Assembly (NCBI GenBank): GCA_014190575.1
Contig: BJGQ01000001.1
Location: forward strand, 21,569 to 85,568
Source: Bacteroidota bacterium
GTDB taxonomy: Bacteria > Bacteroidota > Bacteroidia > Chitinophagales > UBA10324
Length of the DNA: 64,000 bases
Direction: 5' to 3'
The notes under the pieces are model-generated. The model had not been told where the DNA came from. It ran no database searches and was given only the letters and a program-made list of their open reading frames with translations. Shown piece after piece: positions 18,652-26,580 of this stretch; positions within the stretch are counted from its first letter, which is position 1; each line of letters opens with the position of its first letter. The position numbers and the translations under genes were made by a program.

Positions 18652-19395
18652 TTATTTCGCTGATTTATTCAATAGGTAATGAACACCAATAGAAAACCCT
18701 CCATTGGCAAGATTTGATTTTTCATAAGTACCTGTATTCGGTGAAGGAAATCTCCAGGTAGTTCCATTTCCTCCCCGACCATTAATTATTGGGTCATACG
18801 CATCCTTACCTGTTCCAATTACAGCGTTAATATCACTAAACCCGTACAGGAAAGACATACCAGCGCTGATATAAAAAAAATCTGTTAAAGAAATATCTGC
18901 CCCTAATCCAAAATTTAATCCTGTATTATTTTTTTCAAATCTCACCTTTGCAGTTGTTAATGTTGAAGTATCAAAAGCATTATAATTTCCTGTAAGACTT
19001 GCTTTGCTTAAAAAAGAGAACTGAGGTCCTACAAGAAAATAAAATTTCACTTTGCTCTCACCGCCAATTAATTTAAACAGAATAGGTACACCTGAATAAC
19101 TCATTTTTACTTCGCGAGGTACTCCTGTTCCATGCGAATCTTCATATTTCTGACCTCCTTTAAAAGTTGTAAATCCGGTTTGAACACCAATATGATTTGA
19201 AAAATTATAACCAATATCCAATCTGAAAGCTCCTCCCATATCTAATTTATAATCAAATTCCGGAAAACTATATGAATTCTGATTTATAATCCAAACAGTA
19301 TTGTAATTGCCTCCAATACCAGCGTGAAATCCTTTTTGTGCAAATGTGTTAAAGGATGAAAAAATAACAAGCAACGCGATTACAATTTTTTTCAT
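18652..19395 (-). CDS. Outer-membrane beta-barrel (porin-family) protein
   Basis: Signal peptide 'SSFNTFAQ'. Alternating hydrophobic strands rich in G/Y/F/N, of OmpA-like 8-10 strand barrel size. Confidence 0.7.
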   Translation of the reverse strand: MKKIVIALLVIFSSFNTFAQKGFHAGIGGNYNTVWIINQNSYSFPEFDYKLDMGGAFRLDIGYNFSNHIGVQTGFTTFKGGQKYEDSHGTGVPREVKMSYSGVPILFKLIGGESKVKFYFLVGPQFSFLSKASLTGNYNAFDTSTLTTAKVRFEKNNTGLNFGLGADISLTDFFYISAGMSFLYGFSDINAVIGTGKDAYDPIINGRGGNGTTWRFPSPNTGTYEKSNLANGGFSIGVHYLLNKSAK

Positions 19396-19458
19396 GATTA
19401 AAATTATTTTGTTTGAAACAAATGTAAATGAAAACAGGAAAGTGAAAAATTTACCTGT

Positions 19459-19498
19459 AAAAAAAACCGCTCCGATATTTTCGGAGCGGTTTTTTTTT
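19459..19498. terminator. Bidirectional-looking rho-independent terminator downstream of the 19517-20677 gene
   Basis: A8, then CCGCTCCGA (19467-19475), loop TATTT, TCGGAGCGG (19481-19489), then T9. Confidence 0.8.
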
Positions 19499-19516
19499 AA
19501 AATTATTTTAACTCGA

Positions 19517-20677
19517 TTAATGAGAAACTACCAATTTAGAAACAACAGGATTACCATTATCAGCTTTCATGCTAATCATATAAATTCCTGATGGAATGTT
19601 ATTGGTGTTTACCTTCAAATCATGATGACCTTTTGCCATTGAACCAGAATAAACTGATTGAATTAATTTACCGGTTACATCAATCAAATTCACTTCAAGA
19701 TTTGAAGAGTTTTCAAGGAAGAAATGAACATTTGCATTTGATGTTGCTGGATTAGGATAAATTGAATTTACAGATAAATTTTCATTAACATCAGATACCC
19801 ATAAAATAGCATCATCGTAATGAATCAGGAAGGTAAATGACCAGTTCTGAGCTTCATACCAGCCGGAAGAACCAACAGGATTACCATATCCAACGCTTGA
19901 ATTATGAGTGATGTTTGGAATAAAAGGTGGATATCTCATAAATGAATTTGTAAAAGCAGAAGGATTTGCTGTTCCACCGGAACCGTCATCAACACCAGTA
20001 CCAATAAATCCAAGACTATCTTGTTTTGTTTGATCATCATAATTAAATACACATGAAACTTTTTGACCAACAACAGTTGAATAAGCAGGTGCATAAGCCA
20101 AAGCAAAACTGCTACCTGTTCCCAACCAGTTTCCATTACTTGAAAGAGATAGATTTGAAGAGTCTGTTGCTTGCCAAACAACAGTTGTGGTTGGTTTTCC
20201 TGTTCCATCAGCAAGAACCAGCTGTGTATTAAAATAATCCATATTACCGGAATTATTTTCGTGTGTCATAAATTCAAAAATACTGTCAATCGTAATTGAT
20301 AAACCTGCTGGATATGCATTGAATAAACCCAATGCAACATAATCAACAGTTGATCCAACAGGATCAGCACCATCAGTGTAACCGGCAATGTTATCTATTG
20401 TTGTTGCAATATAATTTAATGCAGTATCTATAGCTTGGTAATTAGAATTAAAACTCCACACATAACCAAGATCATCACCGTTTGCAACTCCATAATCAAT
20501 GTACATTGAAAAATTTGCACGAGAAGTATTGTCTAATGATTTCAAACGATCTTTTTTAAATTGCATGAAATCATAAGCACGGCTCATTTCATCACTTTTG
20601 AATGGGATTTGTGCATTTGCTATATTGCTATAAACCATTACAGCAATTAGTAAAACTAATTTGGAAACATTTTTCAT
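19517..20677 (-). CDS. T9SS type-A CTD cargo protein, function unknown
   Basis: Signal peptide 'SNIANAQ'. C-terminal about 80 aa 'SIYPNPATSNANVHF...GIYMISMKADNG...KLVVSH' is a typical Por secretion sorting domain. Confidence 0.75.
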   Translation of the reverse strand: MKNVSKLVLLIAVMVYSNIANAQIPFKSDEMSRAYDFMQFKKDRLKSLDNTSRANFSMYIDYGVANGDDLGYVWSFNSNYQAIDTALNYIATTIDNIAGYTDGADPVGSTVDYVALGLFNAYPAGLSITIDSIFEFMTHENNSGNMDYFNTQLVLADGTGKPTTTVVWQATDSSNLSLSSNGNWLGTGSSFALAYAPAYSTVVGQKVSCVFNYDDQTKQDSLGFIGTGVDDGSGGTANPSAFTNSFMRYPPFIPNITHNSSVGYGNPVGSSGWYEAQNWSFTFLIHYDDAILWVSDVNENLSVNSIYPNPATSNANVHFFLENSSNLEVNLIDVTGKLIQSVYSGSMAKGHHDLKVNTNNIPSGIYMISMKADNGNPVVSKLVVSH

Positions 20678-20750
20678 TTTTTATTTTTGGGTTTTGATTT
20701 TTTGTGGCGACTAAAGTATAAAAATAATTGAATTTCAAAGTCATTAGATT

Positions 20751-20784
20751 GTAAAAATAAAAAAGCCGGAGAAAATTCTCCGGC
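20751..20784 (-). terminator. Rho-independent terminator of the 20812-21786 gene
   Basis: GCCGGAGA (20765-20772) pairs with TCTCCGGC (20777-20784). The A-rich run at 20751-20764 gives a U-tract on the minus strand. Confidence 0.75.
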
Positions 20785-20811
20785 TGTTGAAATTATATTC
20801 TTAAAACTAAA

Positions 20812-21786
20812 TTAGTGCATAACAACAATTTTCTGAATTGATTTTCCGGTCAATGTTTCCATTGAAAGCATGTAAACTCCATTGTTCAAAGAAGACAGGT
20901 CAATTACTTTGTTATGAATTCCTTTATTGAAATTTTCATTTCCTGTATTCATTACCTCCTTACCTGCGGCATTAAATATTTTACAATTAACTGAAGTGGT
21001 TTTTGATAGAATGAAATTTAATGTTAAATTATCAGATGCTGGGTTTGGAAAAATATTAACTCCGGCTATTCCTGAATTCACATCATTAATTCCAGAACCA
21101 AACTGGTGATTTACAATTGGAAAAATTGCAATGTCGAAATCAAGAGGCCAAGCTGAAAGAAATGAATGCCAGGAATTATCATTCCATTTTTCCCATGCAT
21201 AACCGCTATTCTCAAAACATCCATCCTGAGAACTAACTAAACTGATTGTATCTCCATCAACCTGTGACATAACCATACTAACAAAGAAGCTTCCTGAAGA
21301 TGGAATGGTTGCAGGTGAGGCAAAATTAAAATAAGTAAAATTTGAACCTGAAGTATCAACATTATCCATTGAAACTGGATCTGAAGTTGAAATTACTGAA
21401 CCTGGTGCATTGGCCGTAACTGAATATACTTTTAATACCACATTTCCAGGTGTAGCTGAAACTCTTTTTCCTCCTGCCCATATGTATGCGCCGGTAACAC
21501 TTCCTTCCAATAACTGGTAGCTTGATAAATCATAGCGTTGAGCTTTTTCTTTATCTCCATAACCATTTGTTCCAACTACATATCCAGAATCACCAACAAC
21601 TGAATATACAGTAAGTGTGCAACCCAAAGCTGTAGTGTAACTTAATGGATATAAAGTGTCAGAAATGGAGCGATAATGATGGTTTGTAAATTTCGTTCCT
21701 GAAAACATATTTGCAACAGGAATACTTCGTTGTGCAAATGAGGCAAATGATAAAAGCATTAAAATTGAGAATGTAATTTTTTTCAT
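20812..21786 (-). CDS. T9SS type-A CTD cargo protein, paralogue family member A
   Basis: Signal peptide 'SFASFAQ'. Shares 'GYVVGTNGYGDKEKAQRY' and 'WEKWNDNSWHSF' with the next two genes. CTD 'NIFPNPASDNLTLNF...KIVVMH'. Confidence 0.75.
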   Translation of the reverse strand: MKKITFSILMLLSFASFAQRSIPVANMFSGTKFTNHHYRSISDTLYPLSYTTALGCTLTVYSVVGDSGYVVGTNGYGDKEKAQRYDLSSYQLLEGSVTGAYIWAGGKRVSATPGNVVLKVYSVTANAPGSVISTSDPVSMDNVDTSGSNFTYFNFASPATIPSSGSFFVSMVMSQVDGDTISLVSSQDGCFENSGYAWEKWNDNSWHSFLSAWPLDFDIAIFPIVNHQFGSGINDVNSGIAGVNIFPNPASDNLTLNFILSKTTSVNCKIFNAAGKEVMNTGNENFNKGIHNKVIDLSSLNNGVYMLSMETLTGKSIQKIVVMH

Positions 21787-21804
21787 GAGTGTTTTTGTTT
21801 AGGG

Positions 21805-21812
21805 CAAATATA
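21805..21812 (-). promoter_or_regulatory. Bacteroidota-type -7 box upstream of the 20812-21786 gene
   Basis: The minus strand reads TATATTTG, about 18 nt upstream of the ATG at 21786. Confidence 0.35.
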
Positions 21813-21920
21813 AAATTGAACTTCGATATACAAAGTTTGAATTCTGTTCGCAATTTTTTTATCAGCCTTTTTTAAAAAAAATTTCAGGATTAAATTGATA
21901 CAAAATCAATCAAGATAAAA

Positions 21921-22901
21921 TTAGTTCGCTACAGCAAATTTTTTAAATTGTATATTATCAGTTCCAACAAATTTTAAATAATAAATTCCATTTGTTAAAA
22001 ATGAAAAATCAATTTGTAAATTTTTTATTCCACAGGTGTTTTTATGCAAAATTATTTTCCCTGAATTATCATAAACAGAATATTCATTAAATTGATTTAG
22101 TGAATTAATGTATAAAATATTATTTGTTGGATTTGGATAAATATTAATCTTATTGCTCTGTTCAATTGAAGTTGTACTTAATAAAACTCCATCACTCAAT
22201 ACAGGAAACAAAGCAAGGTCAGTTTCAAACTGCCATGAATTATTAAAGCTATGCCAGGTTGAATCATTCCACTTTTCCCATGCACCGCCAATTGTGTCAA
22301 AACAATTTTCTTCAGTGTGCACCAAGGCAATTGTATCTTGTAAGCAATTACTTAAATCAATCGTTGTTAAAAAAGAAGATGATACAGTTACAGATGTTGC
22401 AAAATTAAATTCAGCAATTCCATTAACTGCTATTACAAGATCTGAAATACTAATTGTATCCGAAATTCCTAACAATGAATCTGGAAATCCATTTTGACTA
22501 AGGTTATAAATTTTTGCAAATACAAATCCTGAAGCACCGCTTGGTTGAATAATACCAAAATGAGCAATTATTTTATTTATTGTAACACCTTGATATCCAT
22601 AATCAGATAAATAAAATCGTTGCCCTTTTTCCAAATCTTTATAAATATTAGTTCCTGCAACATAACCTGAATCAATTGGTGAATTTACATCAACTGAATA
22701 AACCACACTTGCACATCCTGTTCCTCCTAAACTTGAATCAATAAAACTTCCGGGAATTAATGTATCTGTTAAACTTCTGAAATTTTTAAAGTGATTTTGA
22801 TAATGATTTTGCGACAAATCCATAGAGTTATAATTTCTGATTTGGGCATGAATTGAAATAGAAAAAACAGTAAAAAGCAAAATTGAAAAAAGATTTTTCA
22901 T
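21921..22901 (-). CDS. T9SS type-A CTD cargo protein, paralogue family member B
   Basis: The Met at 22901 gives the signal peptide 'MKNLFSILLFTVFSISIHAQ', and the ORF-track extension would run through a terminator hairpin. Family motifs 'GYVAGTNIYKDLEKGQRF' and 'WEKWNDSTWHSF'. CTD 'NIYPNPTNNILYI'. Confidence 0.75.
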   Translation of the reverse strand: MKNLFSILLFTVFSISIHAQIRNYNSMDLSQNHYQNHFKNFRSLTDTLIPGSFIDSSLGGTGCASVVYSVDVNSPIDSGYVAGTNIYKDLEKGQRFYLSDYGYQGVTINKIIAHFGIIQPSGASGFVFAKIYNLSQNGFPDSLLGISDTISISDLVIAVNGIAEFNFATSVTVSSSFLTTIDLSNCLQDTIALVHTEENCFDTIGGAWEKWNDSTWHSFNNSWQFETDLALFPVLSDGVLLSTTSIEQSNKINIYPNPTNNILYINSLNQFNEYSVYDNSGKIILHKNTCGIKNLQIDFSFLTNGIYYLKFVGTDNIQFKKFAVAN

Positions 22902-22932
22902 AAATAAAGAAGCCCTCTTTTGTGAGGGCTTC
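22902..22932 (-). terminator. Rho-independent terminator of the 22968-23975 gene, abutting the start codon of the next paralogue
   Basis: GAAGCCCTC (22909-22917) pairs with GAGGGCTTC (22924-22932), loop 6 nt. On the minus strand it is followed by TTTATTT and then directly by the ATG at 22901. Confidence 0.7.
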
Positions 22933-22967
22933 AAATGTAATTTCAAAAAGACAGAATCAGTAATTTA

Positions 22968-23975
22968 CTAATGTGCAACTGTAATTCTGCTGAATAATCT
23001 TTCGTTCGGAGTTGCTATTGAATAATAATAATTAGCAGAAGGCAGTTTGCTGACATCTAAACATAGAGCATGAATTCCAGATAATTGAAAACCCAATTTA
23101 GTAGTTTGAACAATTCGTCCCATTTCATCAACAAAATCAACCCATAATTCTGTTGGACTATTATTGGAAAAATTTACTGTAACACTATTTGATGCCGGAT
23201 TTGGAAATGCTCTGTATAATGATAAATCCCTTAGTGATATAGCGCTGTTTCCAACTGAAGAATCAGGAATAAAAACCGGCCATATCCAGTAATCAGCATT
23301 TAAACTATATGCTCCGGTTTCACCAAGCGCATGAAAAGTTCCGTTTGATTTCATAAAATAAGATTGTTGTTTTCCACTAAAACAATTTTGTGGTGTCATA
23401 TAAACTGCAATAGTGTCGCCTGTAGTAGTTGGAAGTTCTATTGCTGCAAAAAAAGAATCAGCAGTATAAATTACTCCGGGATAAGGAAATGTTGTAAAAA
23501 GTCCTGAAAACGAATTGGTATCAATATCGGCCATAGTTAATGGATCTGTAACAGCCATAAATGAATCAGGACCATGGGTAATTGGATCTACTGAATACAT
23601 TTTTGCAATTACATTGCAGTTTGTTGTATTTGTTTTTTTTCCGAATAACGCTAGAATAGTATAAACTCCTCCACTACCGCTTACACCAAATTTTTGCATA
23701 ATCTCCTTGTCCCCATTCGAATTATTTCCACCTATAAATCCATGAGCAGGGAAATTTAATTCAAAAATTTTAAGTGTATCGCCACAAAATCCAAATCCCA
23801 AACTATCTTGAGAAGATGGAATAAGTGTATCATAAAACAATCTTGTACTTGTTGCAGGTCTTTGAATATCGTGTGAAGAAATCTCTTTCACCGAATGAAA
23901 TTCCTGCTGTGCAGAAACTCGAATACTCAGGACTGAAATAAATAGAAAAGCAAATGTGTAAATGTGTTTTTTCAT
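22968..23975 (-). CDS. T9SS type-A CTD cargo protein, paralogue family member C (more divergent)
   Basis: Signal peptide 'SIRVSAQ'. 'GFIGGNNSNGDKEIMQKF' aligns with members A and B. CTD 'RAFPNPASNSVTVNF...RITVAH'. Confidence 0.75.
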   Translation of the reverse strand: MKKHIYTFAFLFISVLSIRVSAQQEFHSVKEISSHDIQRPATSTRLFYDTLIPSSQDSLGFGFCGDTLKIFELNFPAHGFIGGNNSNGDKEIMQKFGVSGSGGVYTILALFGKKTNTTNCNVIAKMYSVDPITHGPDSFMAVTDPLTMADIDTNSFSGLFTTFPYPGVIYTADSFFAAIELPTTTGDTIAVYMTPQNCFSGKQQSYFMKSNGTFHALGETGAYSLNADYWIWPVFIPDSSVGNSAISLRDLSLYRAFPNPASNSVTVNFSNNSPTELWVDFVDEMGRIVQTTKLGFQLSGIHALCLDVSKLPSANYYYSIATPNERLFSRITVAH

Positions 23976-24059
23976 AGTTGGTGTTTTATTCCCTACAAAA
24001 ATAATTTTTATTCAGAATTGTTTTGTCCCCATTTTGCACAACGATTTTGAAAGTGATTT

Positions 24060-24845
24060 ATGAATAAATTATTCGCAACAAAAGATTTTTTGTTTTACCT
24101 GATTAAAGCAAAATCGAAATACTATGTCCACTCTCCTTTTGTATTTGAATTTGTGAATGAAGTATTGAATGATACACGCAGTTTTTATTCTTATGAAGAA
24201 ATAGAATCAACTAGAAAATTATTGAGCAAGGATGATTCTATCATTGAAGTAGAAGATTTTGGTGCAGGTTCACAACACGAAAAGAAAAATAAACGAACTA
24301 TATCATTCATTGCAAAAACTTCATCTGCTCCAAAAAAATATGCGCAATTGCTTTTCCGAATTATTGAACATTATAAATGCGAAAACATATTGGAACTCGG
24401 AACTTCATTCGGTGTAACCACTTCGTATTTATCAGCATCCAATCCCAACAAAAATGTTTTCACTATTGAAGGAAGTAAAGTGATTGCTGATGAAGCCAGA
24501 AAAAATTTCAATCAGTTGAACAGAATAAACATCAATCTGATTTTGGGAACATTCGAAGAAAAACTCTTACCAACTCTCAATGAAATAAAGCAGGTAGATT
24601 TTTTATATCTTGATGGAAATCATCGATTGAAACCAACATTAGAATATTTCAACACCAGTCTTCCATTCCTTGACGAAAATTCAATCGTAGTGTTAGATGA
24701 TATTTACTGGAGCAGCGAAATGAAGCAAGCATGGACTGAAATAAAAATGCATCCATCTGTTACATTAAGCATTGATTTATTCCGGATGGGACTTTTGTTT
24801 TTCCGAAAAGACAGACACAAAGAACACTTCCGTTTGTATTTCTGA
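24060..24845 (+). CDS. Class I SAM-dependent methyltransferase (O-methyltransferase-like)
   Basis: Motif I 'ILELGTSFGVTTSYL'. Acidic loops 'FTIEGS' and 'FLYLDGNH'. 261 aa. Confidence 0.7.
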   Translation: MNKLFATKDFLFYLIKAKSKYYVHSPFVFEFVNEVLNDTRSFYSYEEIESTRKLLSKDDSIIEVEDFGAGSQHEKKNKRTISFIAKTSSAPKKYAQLLFRIIEHYKCENILELGTSFGVTTSYLSASNPNKNVFTIEGSKVIADEARKNFNQLNRININLILGTFEEKLLPTLNEIKQVDFLYLDGNHRLKPTLEYFNTSLPFLDENSIVVLDDIYWSSEMKQAWTEIKMHPSVTLSIDLFRMGLLFFRKDRHKEHFRLYF

Positions 24846-24897
24846 TTTTCACAATCGCCTTATTTCGTTTAGGTTTGTTGCAAACACCAACCAACGA

Positions 24898-26580
24898 ATG
24901 AAGTGCAGAATATTGCTGCTGTTTTTTTTATTTCCACTACTCTCCTATTCTCAAATCGGCGAGAATATTTTCACTCAGAAATTCGACAACGGACTTAATT
25001 GCATCGTCATTGAAAACGAAACTGTTCCGCTCGTCACTATCGAGTGGGTGGTGCGTGATGGAGTAGCTTACGAATCAAAAGAAGTGAAAGGATATGCTTC
25101 ACTGTTACAGCATTTATTTTTTGCGGGCAACAAAGATTTTCCGAGCAAGGATTTAATGAATCAGAAACTCAAACAGATGGGCGCTGTAACAGGTGTAACA
25201 CAAAGCGAAGAACATTCATCTGTTTATCTAACCTGTTCCAAAAGAAATATTGACAACGCGCTCAAACTTTTTCTCAGCACACTAAAGCAACCGTTGTATC
25301 AAAATGATGAAGTTGATTCTGCTTTGTCAGTAGTGCTTGCTGAGCAATCACAAATTCAAGGTGACCCCTATTTTTTATTTGATCAGCAGCTGAATAAATT
25401 TTTATTTCCAAATGCAACCGAAAGAAAAGATGCTATTATCACTTCAAAAATTGCACAGTCATCTTCTCCGGAAAGATTAACCGATTACCAAAAATTATTT
25501 TACTCGCCAAATAATTCGTGCATCATTATTTCAGGTGATGTGAATCACAAAGATATTTTTCAAAAAATAGCTGCAACATTCAATCAGTTGCCGAAAAATA
25601 TAAAGTTGCCTGCCGATGTTTATCATGTTGCCGATTACAATCATTCTTCATACTCGTCACAGTTTGTTGTCGAAACTCCATTGGCACAAAATCCCTTACT
25701 CGTTATTTCTTATCCAGTACCTGATCTTCGTGAAAATCCTTACCAGGCACAAATTGGAGATTTGTTAGAGGCGCTTGTGAATGCCGCTTCTTCTTCCCTC
25801 AATAAAAATTTAGTGAATGCAGGATTAGCTTACCAGGTGAGTGCTCGTTATCGCAAAATGAAATTCGGTTCTTCGTTCGATTTTATTGTTTCTCCCAAAC
25901 CGGAAAAATTCGGAGAGTGTTACGATAAAGTGCGCTCTGAAATAAATGCGCTTTCCAATTTCGACAGTTATAGTGCCGAGCAAATCAAGCAGGCTTCGCA
26001 ACTGCTTTATTCCAACTATGCTTTCAATACCGAGAAGGCAACACAACTCTCGCACTTTGTTGCAGCAAGTTGGGCGAAAACAAATTCAGTTCCTTCACTG
26101 GATATTGACGAGTCACTCGATGCACTCAAATCAATGAACGATGTAATTAATTTCTGTCAATTGTATTTACAGCACAAACCTTTCGAAGCGGGCTTGCTGA
26201 TTTCTAATTCGCAAAAAATAAATTTCAATTCTCCGGCAATTCTCACCTCCACACTTCCACTCAGTAATTACAAAATCACATTTACAAAAAGTGATGACCA
26301 GATTTTTGATTTACAGAATAAAGAAATAATAAACTCGTTGGCGCAATTGCTTAAAATAAATCCTGATTTGAAAATTGAGTTGATTGCAAATCAGGATGAA
26401 ATGGAACGAAAAGAAACTTCGAAGGCACGGTTTCTTGCTGTGTACAAAGCGCTCGAAAATTCAGGAACGCCAGAGGCAGTTTTGGATGCCATGACAGTTT
26501 CACTATATATTAAGCACGGAAATACCGATGCAGAAGCAAACGATAATATGACAGTGCAGTTTAAATTGATGATCCCATGA
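24898..26580 (+). CDS. Secreted M16 (pitrilysin)-like protein lacking the HxxEH zinc site, with OmpA-C-like tail (tentative)
   Basis: The ATG at 24898 gives the signal peptide 'MKCRILLLFFLFPLLSYSQ'. The M16 fold opening 'LNCIVIENETVPLVTIEWVVRDG' is followed by 'SLLQHLFFAGN' where HxxEH-x-x-F-x-G is expected. The last roughly 100 aa pattern 'ITFTKSDDQIFDLQNKEIINSLAQLLKINPDLKIELIANQD...SKARFLAVYKAL' resembles OmpA_C. Confidence 0.6.
   Translation: MKCRILLLFFLFPLLSYSQIGENIFTQKFDNGLNCIVIENETVPLVTIEWVVRDGVAYESKEVKGYASLLQHLFFAGNKDFPSKDLMNQKLKQMGAVTGVTQSEEHSSVYLTCSKRNIDNALKLFLSTLKQPLYQNDEVDSALSVVLAEQSQIQGDPYFLFDQQLNKFLFPNATERKDAIITSKIAQSSSPERLTDYQKLFYSPNNSCIIISGDVNHKDIFQKIAATFNQLPKNIKLPADVYHVADYNHSSYSSQFVVETPLAQNPLLVISYPVPDLRENPYQAQIGDLLEALVNAASSSLNKNLVNAGLAYQVSARYRKMKFGSSFDFIVSPKPEKFGECYDKVRSEINALSNFDSYSAEQIKQASQLLYSNYAFNTEKATQLSHFVAASWAKTNSVPSLDIDESLDALKSMNDVINFCQLYLQHKPFEAGLLISNSQKINFNSPAILTSTLPLSNYKITFTKSDDQIFDLQNKEIINSLAQLLKINPDLKIELIANQDEMERKETSKARFLAVYKALENSGTPEAVLDAMTVSLYIKHGNTDAEANDNMTVQFKLMIP

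Noticed and set aside
24772-24897. The ORF-track N-terminal extension of the first M16-like gene, which overlaps the methyltransferase 3' end.
   Set aside because: The extension has no signal peptide and overlaps the upstream CDS by 74 nt. The Met at 24898 is followed by a textbook signal peptide.
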